DNA of 64,000 nucleotides from NCBI GenBank assembly GCA_964016885.1, contig OZ024742.1, positions 75,578,001 to 75,642,000 on the forward strand, in the 5' to 3' direction. The translations under genes were made by a program, and so were the position numbers. The notes under the pieces were generated by a model. It was not told the DNA's origin. It made no database searches and saw only the letters and a program-made list of their open reading frames with translations. Positions within the stretch are counted from its first letter, which is position 1. Every line of letters begins with the position of its first letter. Below, in pieces: positions 27,170 through 40,727 of this stretch. The DNA is from Eledone cirrhosa. Lineage: Eukaryota.

Positions 27170-27258
27170 ACTTTGCCTTTCATCCTTACGGGGTCGATAA
27201 AATAAAGTACCAGTAATGTACTGGCTAATTGCTGGCCTTGTGCCTAAAGTAGAAACAA
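27170..27258 (+). mobile_element. SINE A, 5'-truncated, TSD ATTATCTTTTTA
   Basis: Core and tail flanked by a 12-bp direct repeat. Confidence 0.88.
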
Positions 27259-27998
27259 TTATCTTTTTATTCCTTGTGTAACGTCATTGCTTATCGTATT
27301 GCTTAGCCAATTTCCAGTCATGGGTTATGGTTTGTGAAATTGCAACACTATTCTGGTAGTTGATTTCCCCCAAAAAGTAGATATTGTGCGTTACAAATAT
27401 AATTATTTTGCGACAAACAAGTTTTTTCTTTCCATTATCGCATACCGAACGTTTCGTCTTAAAATCTGTGCCGCATAATATTTCTAACTTCTGTTTCTTT
27501 GTATGAAGAACCGTTCTTTGATCAATAAATACGTTTTCTTGATATATATTCCGAATCTATTTTTCATTTTCATATTATGGTTTCCTTTTACTACTTACTT
27601 AAATTCCTATCCGTATAACTATAAACCTTACAATATCTCTCTCTCCCTCTCTTGTTCCATATCAATCTTTAGAACTAAACATCTCCTGTTTCTTGACAAC
27701 ACATCACATTCGTTTGTATATCCTTTCGCATTATTTGCGTAATAACTCTTCTAACTGAGAAATTGTCTTCACAGAAATTTATAAAATTCCTATCATTATC
27801 AAATATATCTATATGTAACATATTTAAAAACGGGAAATACTCGTACAACATAAATGAAAGAAAGGCAACTTTTATAAAATCCGAGCATATTTCAGCCTTT
27901 TACATCAGAATATACATTTTCCTTGAATGATTAACTCATGTTTCTCATAAAAGTCGACGCCGATAACAACAACAACAACAAAACCTACATCAATAATA

Positions 27999-28171
27999 AT
28001 TGTTTCTACTTTTGGCACAAGGCCAGCAATTACCTCAGTGCATTACTAGTGATTTATTTTATCGACCCCGTAAGATGAAGGGCTAATCTCGGCGGGATTT
28101 GAACTCAGAACGTAAAGTGGCATAACTCTGTGCTGCAAAACATGGTGTCTACCGATACTGCCAATCTACCG
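27999..28171 (-). mobile_element. SINE A directly downstream of a Tx1-like tail
   Basis: Family motifs on the minus strand. Confidence 0.88.
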
Positions 28172-28182
28172 AATAATAATAA

Positions 28183-30640
28183 TTGTTTCATTAATTGGCC
28201 ACAAGGACCGATATATAGGGGATAATACAATAGACGGGGATTTTACACGAAAATCGAGTAAAAATAAAACATCAAAACAAAATTAAAAAAGAAAAATATA
28301 ACCAACAGAATTCCCCAATGGGGGAGGGGATTCCCACTTAGGGGTGACTCAAGTACCCCACCAATATTGAACCACCCGGCACTTTCAGGGCACTCGGAAA
28401 TAGTACCCTTTCCTCCTCAAATTAACTAGCCTACAGCTGTATGGTCGGAGTACGCCCATTCTCGCAACATTCACTCTCCTTTTGGCAAATTTACTGGCGA
28501 GCAGCTCTGCTCCCTCCCCCTCACATTCCTCTCCAGGTAAGACTCGAAAAAGTTAATAAGGTATTAGCCGAAGAGAAAGGTGTCTTCAGTCCATTCAAAT
28601 TGGTCGACAGCGCAACCTCTTTCGCTACCACTACTCGATTCTTATCGACCCGGAGGCCTGGTCCAAACCCCGAGCAACTTTACCGGTCCATCCGCCAGTG
28701 TCCAACCACGCTGTTAGACGGTATGGACTTGCCTCTCCAGGCACAGAGCAGCAAGTCCACCGGCGTATCCGGGTTTAGTTTTGCTCCTGTTAAACATTCA
28801 TTTTCCTCTAAGAAAGTGACGACCACGTCGATTTCCGAAGTTTTCGACACCATCGCGGTGATGTTGTCGGCATATACCGATACAGCTTTTCAACGTCCCT
28901 CTTCAGGCAGGATGCTCTGCAACAGTTCCAGCTTCCGCAGTAAATGCTCAGCAGACAATACGTACCGATCGGGAGATGTGAAATGGTTCCGAATGGTGGC
29001 CATTAACTTTGACCACAGAGCAGATGAGGCCGTGTATTGCAGGGATCCAACCTCTGAAGACGGGACCGAAGCCAACTATCTTGAGCACAGCCTCCAGGTG
29101 ACGATGGTCGACTCTATCTAAAGCTTCTGTTTGATTTAAATTGATCAGAACACCCAAGAAGCTAGGCTTACACCCAACACCCTCACCCAGGTACGGACCT
29201 GGCCGGGAATGCGCAGGTTTGCACCTCCTCTACCAAATCCTCGATGACAAGCGCTAACATCTTCGCTAACACCTTGGTCAAAATCTTAAACTCTGTGTTG
29301 AGCAGTGTTATGGGTCTGAAGCTTATTAATGCATTCCTATTGTTCTCATATTTCCTTATCAGCGTCACTACTGCCCGACTTACAGAGCTAGGAATAAACC
29401 TGTTCTGCTGCCAGTAATAATAAAACCCTTCGAGGAGATCGGTGAAAATGTCAGGCATATCTACGTAAAGCTCATGGGGCAGACCATACACACCGAGTGA
29501 CACACTTGGGGGTGATGGGGTAGGCCGTCGAGGTAGGGTCTGAAATCTACCAATGTCTCCGACCTCGCTCCCCCCGAGCAGCCGAGCAAAGTGCTGGCGA
29601 AGGGCCTCACACATCTGCCTGGAACTGTCCAGCTCGCCTCCGTATCGGGCAGTCAATGACCTAATGTCATTATTGTGGATTGGCAGTATCGGTAGAGGGT
29701 CGGACGCCATGCTTTCCAGCATAGTTACGTCCTCTTTACGATCTGAGTTCAAATCCCGCCGAGGTTGACTTTGCCTTTCATCCTTACGGGGTCGATAAAA
29801 TAAAGTACCAGTAATAAACTGGTTAATTGCTGGCCTTGTGCCTAAAGTAGAAACAATTATTGTTGATGCATATCAGTGCCTCAACCTCTCCTTCGGCGGC
29901 TGTCTATGCTTCTGAGAGATTTCACTGAAATGTATCGATATTTCAATGTTCTCCTTTCTCTCCTTTGTGGCCATTACCTCTGTCAAGACATATGAGTTGG
30001 CCAAGATCTTTTCACATGTTATAATGTTTTCCGCCTTGGCCAAACGTCCATTTTTCTCTGTCGAAATTGTATAACATTTGACTCTTTGCCGCTGAGGCTG
30101 CAAAGGTACTCCAATTGTTGCTGCTATTGTCGTTCATTTTGGTACTGCTGTTTTCCATTGTTGCTGGTAGTGTTGTCGTTATTCATGTTGCTGGTGATAG
30201 TGTTGTTGCTGCTGTTGTTGGTGTTGTTGTCATTTTTGCTGTTGTTGCTGATGTTGTTGTCATTTTTGTTCACATTTGTGTTTTCATAGTTCTTGATGGT
30301 AGTGTTGTTATTCGTGTTGCCGTTGGCGATTTTGCCTAATGTGTTCATAATTCGTGTAGGTGGGGAGGAGTTATTCATTTCAACGTTCGAATCACTGTCA
30401 CGTGACAGTCGCCTGAACGTTGGTGGGCGTAATCTGTCCATGTATTTTCTTTTTTAGAGAAATATTTTTCAAGAAAATAAGGCTCAAATATTTGGGCCCA
30501 AGGGCGAAATATTTTGGGACCACCTAAATACAGGGCTATATGTGTAACAGCTTGTGATAGAAATATAAGGATGAATTCAATGTAAACAGTTGAAAATTAA
30601 CAAAACGTACGGAACGATATTCAAATACGTATTGGCAGAC
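28183..30640 (-). mobile_element. Older Tx1-like LINE retaining both ends but with multiple internal deletions
   Basis: 3' end GGTCCTTGTGGCCAATTAATGAAAC; RT pieces FRPITLLNTEFKIL and ALDRVDHRHL; Asn/Thr-rich ORF1 start (30124-30441); 5'UTR hairpin similar to 13341-13370. Confidence 0.75.
29674..29856 (+). mobile_element. SINE A inserted in the Tx1-like remnant, TSD ATTATTGT
   Basis: Near-consensus copy. Confidence 0.92.
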
Positions 30641-30662
30641 CAAACAACAACAATAATTATAA

Positions 30663-30847
30663 TTGTTTCTAATTTTGGCAAGAAACCAGAAATTACCTCA
30701 GTGCATTACTGGTAAGTTATTTTATCGACTCCGTAAAGATGAAACGCAAAGTTAACCTCGGTGGGATCTGAACTCAGAACCTAAATGGCTGTAGCTCTAT
30801 GCTGCAAAGCATGGCGTCCGACCCTCTACCAATACTGCCAATCCACA
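30663..30847 (-). mobile_element. SINE A immediately upstream of a Tx1-like 5' end
   Basis: Family motifs on the minus strand. Confidence 0.88.
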
Positions 30848-31232
30848 ACTACAACAATAATAATAAATAGTAGATTCCTCCTAAAAGTGGTGAAGATAAA
30901 TAATAAGTTTCTTTGTTAAGGTACAATGAGGTAAGAAAATATATTTATTGTTGTGGCTTATGAAGAAGTTTTGATCTCATCTGTTTATTTACGAATTTAA
31001 TCATACTATTATATCGGCATTTTTACATATGAAAAATAATGCATAAATAACTTTACAGAGTAAAATAGAATCCTTATAAGCAATCAATTGTAGAATATTA
31101 CATGATGATATTGAGTACACCCAATAGAAAGTGAATATATTCCATTCCTATGGCATGTATTTATAGTTGTGTAATTCCTCTTATAGAAGGTAAATTAAAA
31201 TAAACAGTGTTAAGAACAAGACAGAAACTATT

Positions 31233-31410
31233 ATTGGCAGTATCAGTAGAGGGTTGGACGCCATGCTTTCTAGCATAGTTACGTCCCTTTACGGTTTGAG
31301 TTCAAATCCGGTCGAGGTTAACTTCGCCTTTCATCCTTACGAGGTGGATAACATAAAGTACCAGTAATGAACTGGGTAATTGCTGGCCTTGTGCCAACAG
31401 TAGAAACAAT
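31233..31410 (+). mobile_element. SINE A
   Basis: A and B boxes, core and tail. Confidence 0.9.
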
Positions 31411-34400
31411 TATTTTTAATGCTGGTATTTGATGTTATTTATATTCCAAACGTTTAAACTTCGCTTGCACAGGCAACCTCGTTGATAACTAACTGCTGTA
31501 AGAGATAAATATTTGAAGTAATGCTCTAACGTATAATGGAAAGGATGATAGAGATCGTTGTTAGTTGATGTTACAATATATGTGAGATAGGTTTGAAAAA
31601 CTGTTGTACACTGCTCCAACTTCATCATTGTTCTGAGATTCAACAGTCAATTAAACGTGCAAGTAAAAGGTCAGGAAAGCAATGTTGAAAAGAAAGAACA
31701 TTACAAAACGGAGATCGTTTGAAAACGAAATTATACATCAGTAGAGCCATTGAAAAGGAGTTTTCAGAACGCCAATATTAATAAAGATGAAAAAGAAGGG
31801 CCGAGCATATGCAATTCAATTTCTGTTGCAAAATTATATTTCGCTCTTTAAGTATACATCTTCGATCATACTAGCTAATGTTTTTATTCCTTTTGATATT
31901 TCATGTAATACAACAGCAATTTCTGGTAAACATCTTTAAAGTCACTTAATGTATACAGTGAGAAGAATCTTCTGATTTATTGCTTTATATAAATCGAAAC
32001 AAATTATAGTCATATTTAAGTTTAACTGTCTGCTTTTTTTTCTTTGTACTTCCTCAGAATATGAAACTCAGGAAAAGAAATGTCATTACTCTTATGTCAA
32101 ATATCAAGTTTCTGTTCGAATGAAGTTTTACTTCATTTATTAATGGGAGGGAGTTTATTTTGATATTAATTCTCAAGTGTTAAAGCAAAAACTACATAGA
32201 GAGTGGATATTAACTTACATTTCATTCAGCTAGATTCTGAGTCTAAATTCTACCAGTATCAGACACGTTGTTGTTTAATCTCGGCAAAGTTGATAGAATA
32301 TACCCGACGTGGCATATTCTATCGTGTATTTATTGGTTATCTATGGATATATAGTTTAATGCCTATGTTACGAAACTATATTAGATTTTATAGTAAATAA
32401 GCGGACGAATTTAAAATATCAATTGGATGCTACGAGGAAAAAATGAATTGTATACTCTGAGGGAGAAGATACCTTGGTAGGTCTTGAGTGTAGAAAAACT
32501 TATCACACACTATATAAAATGTCCTAAACGTTCTGAAGAAGAGCATACATGAAATCATACCTACTATTTATATAGAGGTTGTTTCAAACTGAAAGGTTTT
32601 CTCGATATCATTGGTAAACGAAAGGTAGTTTAAATATATCTTTCATCAATATTACGGGGTACTAACAAAATGTAACAGATTCTACGGTAAGCTCAAAAGC
32701 ATTGTAATATTATTGTTACATATTTCTTTTAATAATACTATATTGAAGTCTAGACAGCATCACACAGCCCTTGGCAGTAAGTCAAACGACAGTTGCCTCC
32801 ACTAAATTGCAAACCTCAGCATGTTAAACTTCAAAGAAGGAGAGTTTATCAGTCAATAAGCTAGAAATAGCAAACAAACCTTTCTCAAATACAAACTCCT
32901 GTCTAAATTGTGGCAGCACAGTTTGAACAATGGGTAAAACAAACAAAAAGATTGATCACGGCTGGAATGCTTTTGATCACAGCACTGTTTGATGAGGACT
33001 AAATAATGAAAAATAAAATACGGCTACTTTCTTGATTATATATTCAATGAGCTCCTCTCTGATGTGTGTTGCAATTTCTAATATTTGTATGTACAAGTGA
33101 TGAAGTTCCATGTAAATATTCGTGAAGGGAAGTCTCAAAAAGAGAAATATATATTGCCACAATCTTTTTATTTTATTGCCAATATAATTGATGTAGTTGA
33201 AGAAGAATGATGTCAACTGTGAATAAAATATAGTCGAAGTGTGGTGTTACCTGGTGATTATTATATTATGTTCAAAGGTGCTTCACACCAAATCTTCTAA
33301 TATATCAAATACCATATAGCTAATGGCTAATCAGTCAGTGAGTGAATAATTCTACTATATCCTGATCATAATAATGGTTTCTTGTAATGTTATATTGCGA
33401 TTTTGATCTGACTTCTAATATAACAAAGAACATCGAAAACAATAATGTAATATCTTTAGATATATACAATTCTCAAAAGAACTATCAAAACCGAAATAAT
33501 TTTTTCATGTGTCAAAAACAGAACCAAAAAATATATAAAAAATAAATATACATTAACAATTTCATATTGTTTACAACTTTGACAGATTCTTGTTTTGTCA
33601 TCTCACGATTGTTTTGTTTTTGTTACGTTAGAAGTCTTTTGAAACTCAAAATAAAACACTTGGCTGCGTTCAAATAATTTCTACATTATATAGCCTCAAG
33701 ACAACACACAGAGAACAGCTATCTTTTATCTATTTGCATTAATAACTTTCTTCTCGCAAATTTAATTTCTTCTTTCCAATTGTTCGCTAAGTTTAAATGA
33801 TTAAATTATCATCGCATACTCCTTCTTTCTCGAAACTTTACTTCTATGGGAATGAGATCAATTTCTGTTTTCTCTTTCTATTCCCCTTCGCGTCTTCTTC
33901 TCTCCAGCTTTCAACAAACCTGACAGGTCATTCTCACACCCAGAAAGATAAAGTAAATGTTTTCATTCTGCATTGATTGATATACGCGCCTTAAGTATTC
34001 CTTCAGTATATATCACGGCTTTATAATACAGTTACAGCATTTAGCATAGATATTTCAGCGCTCCTGAAAACAGTGATTAACCTGACTATCTGTTTGGGTT
34101 AGGTAGGTAGGGAGCAAATGGATCTAATGTGCCAAGATTAATAATAGTACAGTAAACGTATTCCTACGGTATCTACTTGAAAAACATCTCTCTTTTCGCC
34201 TTTTCAGACTCCCATCAATCATGCGTAATGTAGAATACGACTATAATAAAAGCACCAGAATAATGCGTAGATCTTCTTGCAGCGTCGTCCACCATGGATT
34301 TTCCTCCTTTTGTTATTTTACTTAAATAGCTGCACTCTGCAACAAACCCCGTATATATGTTTTTCTCACACTAATTTATGAGGTGCACAGATTAGAAACA

Positions 34401-35137
34401 GAATGAAAACTAATCGCTTTCTGTTTCTTCCTACCAGGCCATTAACTATTAAAGAAACCATCTTTCCTTCACATTGAGAGAAAGACAAGAAAAGCAAAAT
34501 GCAATCTGGACAAGGAAAATAATAGAAGTAAAAAAACGGATATATATTAACTTAATGGAGTATTAATGCTCGGAATAATAAAGTAGAAAACCTGGAAAAT
34601 GCTATTATATTATTTTGTTACTTTAAATACAGACCTTCGAACATAGACTATATCATGTATCTATGAACAATTTATTCGGCAAACTGGAGCGTTTGCAAGT
34701 TCATTCACTACCATGGAATACTTGATAACGACATACCTGATTTCATATCTAGGAATCAACAATAGTTGTGAGTTGGAAAAATTCTGCAGACTTTACAACA
34801 TTTTGGGGAGTTCATTAAAGTTTCCGATGAGTTCAAACGCAATGAGTGGTGGAAACCTAACGTTTTGGAATATTGTTCTTCATCTGAAAGTGAGAAATAT
34901 GGAGAAACCTTTGTTGTATCGGATTCATTTATCAACATTCTCTACATTCAGAGACTGATTTTCTCCTATGTCGACTTGTTTGATTCAATAAAATGGGATC
35001 AACTGCTTTAGTCCATTATCAAAATTGGCCTTGTTCCAACAGAATCAAATAATATCTATGACGCTCATTTATAACAACGACGATCGTTTTATGATGTTAT
35101 AGGAAACGAGATAAATTCATCTTAATTTTATGATATA

Positions 35138-35335
35138 CGAGGGTCGGCTCAAAAGTTCATAGGCTGAATATGAAAGTGTAATGCTAGAACTGTGAAATCT
35201 TGTTTGCATTAATTTCATCTTTTCTTAGTAATAACTGATTTGTTTTTTTCCAGGGACTATGTTGAAAAATAAAACTTATTTGGTTATTTCTTGTCAGTAT
35301 CTTCGTCAGATTATGAACCTCAAAGCCGACCCTCA
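35138..35335. mobile_element. Mariner-type MITE
   Basis: TA|CGAGGGTCGGCTCAAAAGTTCATA ... TATGAACCTCAAAGCCGACCCTCA|TA: imperfect TIRs with TA flanks. Confidence 0.75.
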
Positions 35336-36208
35336 TACATATATTGGTTTATACCTTGGCGTTTTCGTTCAAGAGTTTTAATTCTCATGACTAAAAGCAA
35401 GAAACTTTATTGTACCTATTTCATATAACCTAGTCACTGCACAGATCAAAATGTTATCGTTATACTTCCAGAAATAAATGTTATATTTAATCAAATACGT
35501 TACTCAGCATCAATTATAAAGAAGCTCTTATCAATGAATTTATAATGCCAAGAAATCCCCTTTGATCCTCTCTCCCGTGTCATTCATCATTAGGTGTCTC
35601 CCAAATTCCCTTTGGAATTCATAAACTTTGCATCTAGTTCCCACTTCCATGAAATATGAATTCTCTTACGTCAAAGAATTAATAAATTAAATAATTAAAT
35701 AAGACATCAATTTTACAGATTGTATTTCTTCACTTAACACATTTTAACATTGAAAGGATAACAGTTGAGGTAGGAAATACATTCTAAGAATTTAAGCAAT
35801 TTTAATATTTCCTAATCATAGCCAATAAATACTACTTGACATTTACATTCATACTTTGCGGTATGTGTGTTTTGTCTGGCCCCCCAACAAAAGTTAATTT
35901 ATCCTATTATAAATATAACCTTATTCCCAGAAAATGATGAAAAATAACAACCAAACTAATAACTGAAGTAGAACACTCCTTTCCAGGAAAGGTCAATGCG
36001 CTACAAGTAGGAAAGGGCTATAAGCAGAAATTGAAATCATTTCTCAGTTTCATTGAACATATCCCCATTCCAATATATCTCCTTTGCTAAATATTCACAT
36101 TACAGGATAGTTTCGTATATGTGCTGTAAATTAAAAGTTTTATGGAAAATATCTCGTTTTGCAGAGATCTCATGTGTTACATCAAATTATAGGATTTCGT
36201 CTTATATA

Positions 36209-37341
36209 CAAGGTTGCTCAGTTCTTCGAGGACACGTTTCTGATAGCCCCAAGCTTTGTAAAACTTGTACTGATTATCATTTCCTTTCAGATAAATGATG
36301 AAAGACATTATGCTAACTCAGCAAATGAGAAGGCCCACTGTAATGGGTTGTTTAAACGGTGAGTTAGAGATTGTTTGCTTTATGTAAGTTGCATAGTCGT
36401 TTGTTGTCAAAGTTCACAAAGAGCTGGAAGCCACGAATGGGCATTCCACAGCAGTAACCAAACATAAAACTCATACTAAGAGTACCAATACCATCAGAAT
36501 ACTGACATTGGTACAAATTAAGCAATATGGACACAAGGAACTATATTGCGCCATTGTTAAGGAGTTCTTGATTTCGAGGCACATAATTAAAAGGATTTTG
36601 GACGAGGATCTTCGATATAAATCATATAGAACGCAGAGAAACCAATTCCTGTCTATGACGGCAAACGATAACCGTCTGCTCAGCATAAAGCGTTTCTTGA
36701 GTAAGACAACATTTCAAGAGCCTTGAGTATGTTTTTCTCGGATGAAAAAAGGTTTCATTAGAAGGTCAATCGAATGAATACACAATGACAATGCAGAAAC
36801 ACTAAAAAGGTTGTAACGGCCAAGGACAACACATTTCCGCTTACTCTGGAGTTTCTGGTAACGAGGGTGATGTCATCCCTCAAGGCTTAAGCGCCAATGT
36901 TGCCGACTATAATAAAGTGATGGAGAGGGTAGTGAGATTTTGGATTGAAATCGTGAGCATTGGAAAACCGGACATATAAAGTCAAGACTCTGAACTGTCT
37001 CATAAGGCTAAGACAACTCACATCATCCGAAATATATGGACACTTAACTATCCAAACCTGAATCCGTTAGGCTACTACATATGGGACGTAGTTGAGAGGG
37101 AAGTCAATTAACGGCCTCCACAATACTATAAAACCATTGAACCCCGCCATTACTAGCACACTATCCAAAATAGCTAAGGATAAACTGATAAGGGAATGAC
37201 AACGTTTCAGATCTCGATTTGAAACAGTCAAGATGAGTCTCAAGATAATTTCTGCAATTTTGTTTTTCATGCTCTTCTTTCATGACCTATGCTTCTTTTA
37301 ATACATTCATACAAATCTTCTCAAAAAGAAGAGCAGACCTG
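36209..37341 (+). mobile_element. Degenerate Tc1/mariner (maT-like) transposon
   Basis: TA-flanked imperfect TIRs (CAAGGTTGCTC.. / ..GAGCAGACCTG); transposase remnants EDLRYKSY, FSDEK, QDSELSHKAK and PNLNPLGYYIW..VEREVN. Confidence 0.75.
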
Positions 37342-37781
37342 TATATTGTGGATTAAAAATCAACAATATATTGACAATGTTTTGTAAAACATTTATTCGG
37401 CTGATACGGCGTGGAAACCTTGTGGGTTACACTGTCTCTGGTTACGGGTGATAGATTTAATATGTCGAACTGTTTAACACCACTACGCGTCAATTTAGAG
37501 GAATCTACTCGTCTAATGTATTGCTAGTATTGGGTTGGATGCTGGTCTGAGGATAGCTGTCTTTTTTCACTAATCTCGAAACCCCGGAAAAATATTCTGG
37601 CCTTTGTAAGTTAGTAGGGGATTTAGTTTTTAGATTTAGAAAAAGTTAAAGAATACATACGTTCATTAGTGGTCAGATTACTGTTTATGATAACTTAAGT
37701 TTTAATGATAATTAGAAATTTTGTTATGTATAAAAATAAGGAATTTCGTTATACGATGATATTGACAATGTTATAAATAAT

Positions 37782-37883
37782 TGTTTCTACTTTTTTGGCA
37801 CAAGGCCAGCAATTACCCAGTACATTACTGGTACTATATTTTATCGACCCCGTAAGGATGAAAGGCAAAGTTAACCTCGGCGG
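37782..37883 (-). mobile_element. SINE A, 5'-truncated, 18-bp TSD GACAATGTTATAAATAAT
   Basis: Direct repeat at 37764-37781 and 37884-37901. Confidence 0.92.
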
Positions 37884-39023
37884 GACAATGTTATAAATAA
37901 TGTGAAGGCATCAGTTTCAGAATGTAGCTGTCGGTCTCACAATAGCCTGATCAGTGGAGACGACAGTGTGATTTGCACTTGTGCATTGCACATCTTATGT
38001 TGCTCCAATATTTTCTACTAAAAAGGAGTATTACAATGAAATGGTGTCTTGTTTCCTGTGAAGACTTGTACCCCAGGTTTAACAACAGACGAAACCAGGA
38101 TAAACTCCAGTAAAATTAGCTCATAGACTCGAGAAACAGCTAATTTTATTATCGATAACTTCACTGATCGATAACTAACATGATAAAATGCAGATAAATT
38201 CAAATACTAAGAAAGGCAACAGGGCATTATTTTGTCTTATCAAATATAATCAGTAAATTGAGCAGTACTTGATCAAAGATTTATTAAGAAAGGTAATTTA
38301 AGATATACATATGATAATGACATATTTAGAAGACCTAGGTGAATACATGCAGGTTGATACTGAATCAGCAAATGCCAGCGAACATATCTAACCAAATTAT
38401 CTCTGTTGACTTCAATTGCAGATATTCAACCGATAAATCTACTAAGAAGACACACTAAAACAAAATCAAATAACCATCTAATCAGCTCATTTAAAGCAAC
38501 TATAACAATACACATAGATACACTCAATATTTATATATGTATTATTTTATTGTTTTGGATACGACTTATATTAATTCTGTGTTAGAAAAATAGAAACGAA
38601 GATTTTGTTCTGTCCTGAATCGTTAGATGTTTGGAAAGATCTGAATAAATGAAAGAAAAGCTGACAGTACATGGATGTCGGAAAAGATATTTGTCATATG
38701 TTACTACTTTAATATGTGTTTGAATGTTAAAATGAATTTGGAGAATTTGAAAATATTTCTTTCTAAATTCTTTTTCAGGTTATTTTTTTTTCATCTAGCC
38801 ATTTTTCTTTTACAGCTGTCATTTCTTTGAAAACATCGCAGGAAAACTGTTTAATATTTATAATTTCTGACACAAATGAATTGAAATAATTTAAACCAAT
38901 AAGAATATACACTTCCACAAAAAAAATTACATTCACCTGCAGACAAATTGTATTTAGATGTATGTATGTATGTATGTATGTATGTATGTATGTATGTATG
39001 TATGTATGTATGTATGTATGTAT

Positions 39024-39637
39024 GTCAGTCAGGTCACCAGTTGGTGCTACTCGTAACATGTATCCCAGTACAACCTGTCTCATGGTCGGGTCGTTGGTGA
39101 CTAAACTGGCGACCCCACCAAGGTTTCTTGGTGAGGAGGGTTACTTTGGACACCCTGCAGGACTAAAAACAAAACCTGGCAAAGGGCAAAGGAGCTCTTA
39201 AGAGTCAAAGGCCATCCAAAAATCACCGGGAGAGATGACCCCTTAGCCTTTGTCAAAGCAGAATTCTAGGAGAAGGAAAACTCTGATATAACACCTGCAA
39301 CCCTGATGATATCCAATGATGTTGACTTGTTCTTCTTTTTGGTAAATATCATCTTGGTTAAGAGAGTGGGACTGGCTCTGTGAAGTGCCTTTGCTCACTA
39401 TAAAAGCTTCACGGCACAGGCATTGCTTTATATCTGGAGATCTCTTTGCACTTGTTGTCACATGGTACGATGCGCCCAGCACTATGTGTCAATAATTGTC
39501 GCAAGTGTAGTGTTTGTACCAGCGTTTTCAAGTCGCTGGCTGGACTAAAAAGTCACACTCGTTCAGCGCATCGGTAGGAGTTCTCCTACATGGATATAAA
39601 GTAGTGGCCGTACTCGAAAACGAGTTGGCGGCAACCA
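39024..39637 (+). mobile_element. Bipartite non-autonomous RTE-derived element, copy 1
   Basis: RTE-like 5'UTR motif CTAGGAGAAGGAAAACTCTGAT; terminal C2H2 remnant KCSVCTSVFKSLAGLKSHTRSAHR* (39503-39577); (ATGT)n tail. Confidence 0.7.
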
Positions 39638-39685
39638 TGTATGTATGTATATATGTATATATATGTAGGTATATATGTATGTATA

Positions 39686-39718
<33 letters not shown>

Positions 39719-39720
39719 TT

Positions 39721-40325
39721 GTCAGGTCACCAGTTGGTGCTATTGGTAACATGTATCCCAGTACAACCTGTCCCATGGTCGGGTCGTTGACGACTAAACT
39801 GGCAATCCCACCTAGGTTTCTTGGTGAGGAGGGTGACTTTGGACATCCTGCAGGACTAAAATCAAAACCTGTCAAAAGGCAAAGGGCTCTTAAGAGTCAA
39901 TGGCCATCCAAAATCACCGGGAGAGATGACCCTTAGCCTTTGTCAAGGCAGAATTCTAGGAGAACGAAAACTCTGATATAACACCTGCAACCCTGATGAT
40001 ATCCAATGATGTTGACTTGTTCTTCATTTTGGTAAGTATCATCTTGGTTGAGAGAGTGGGACTGGTTTTGTGCATTCCTTTGCTCACTATAAAAGCTTCA
40101 CGGCACAGGCATTGCTTTATATCTGGAGATCTCTCTGCACTTGTCGTCACGTGGTACCATGGGCTCAGCACTATGTGTCAATAATTGTCACAAGTGCAGT
40201 GTTTGTACCAGAGTTTTCAAGTCGCTGGCTGGACTAAAAAGTCACACTCGTCAGCGCTTCGGTAGGGGTTCTCCTACATGGATATAAAGTAGTGGCCGTA
40301 CTCGAAAACGAGTTGGTAGCCACCA
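39721..40325 (+). mobile_element. Bipartite RTE-derived element, copy 2 (head-to-tail with copy 1)
   Basis: Co-linear and highly similar to 39024-39637. Confidence 0.7.
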
Positions 40326-40479
40326 TGTATGTATGTATGTATGAGTGTATGTATGTATGTATGTATGTATGTATGTATGTATGTATGTATGTATGTATGT
40401 ATCTATGTATGTATGTATGTATGGGTGTATATATTTGTATTTATATATATATATATATATGAATATATATTTGTATTAT

Positions 40480-40676
40480 GTCGAGTCACTCTTGCGTGCA
40501 ACTGGTAACATGCCACCCAGTACAACCTGTCACATGGTCGGCTCGTCGGCGACTAAACAGGCAACCCCACCAAGTTTATTCGGTGAGGAGCGTGATTTTC
40601 GACACCCAGCAGGACAAAAACATAAAAAACTTGACAAAGGGCGGAAGAACTTATAAGATTTTACTGCCATCCAAAA

Positions 40677-40727
<51 letters not shown>

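Noticed and set aside
39024-39130. HDV-like ribozyme in the RTE-derived 5' end
   Set aside because: CCAGT/ACTGG and CTAA are present, but there is no room for the P1 3' strand and no canonical L3.
39303-39330. Hammerhead core CTGATGA
   Set aside because: No downstream stem II plus GAAA in the required arrangement.
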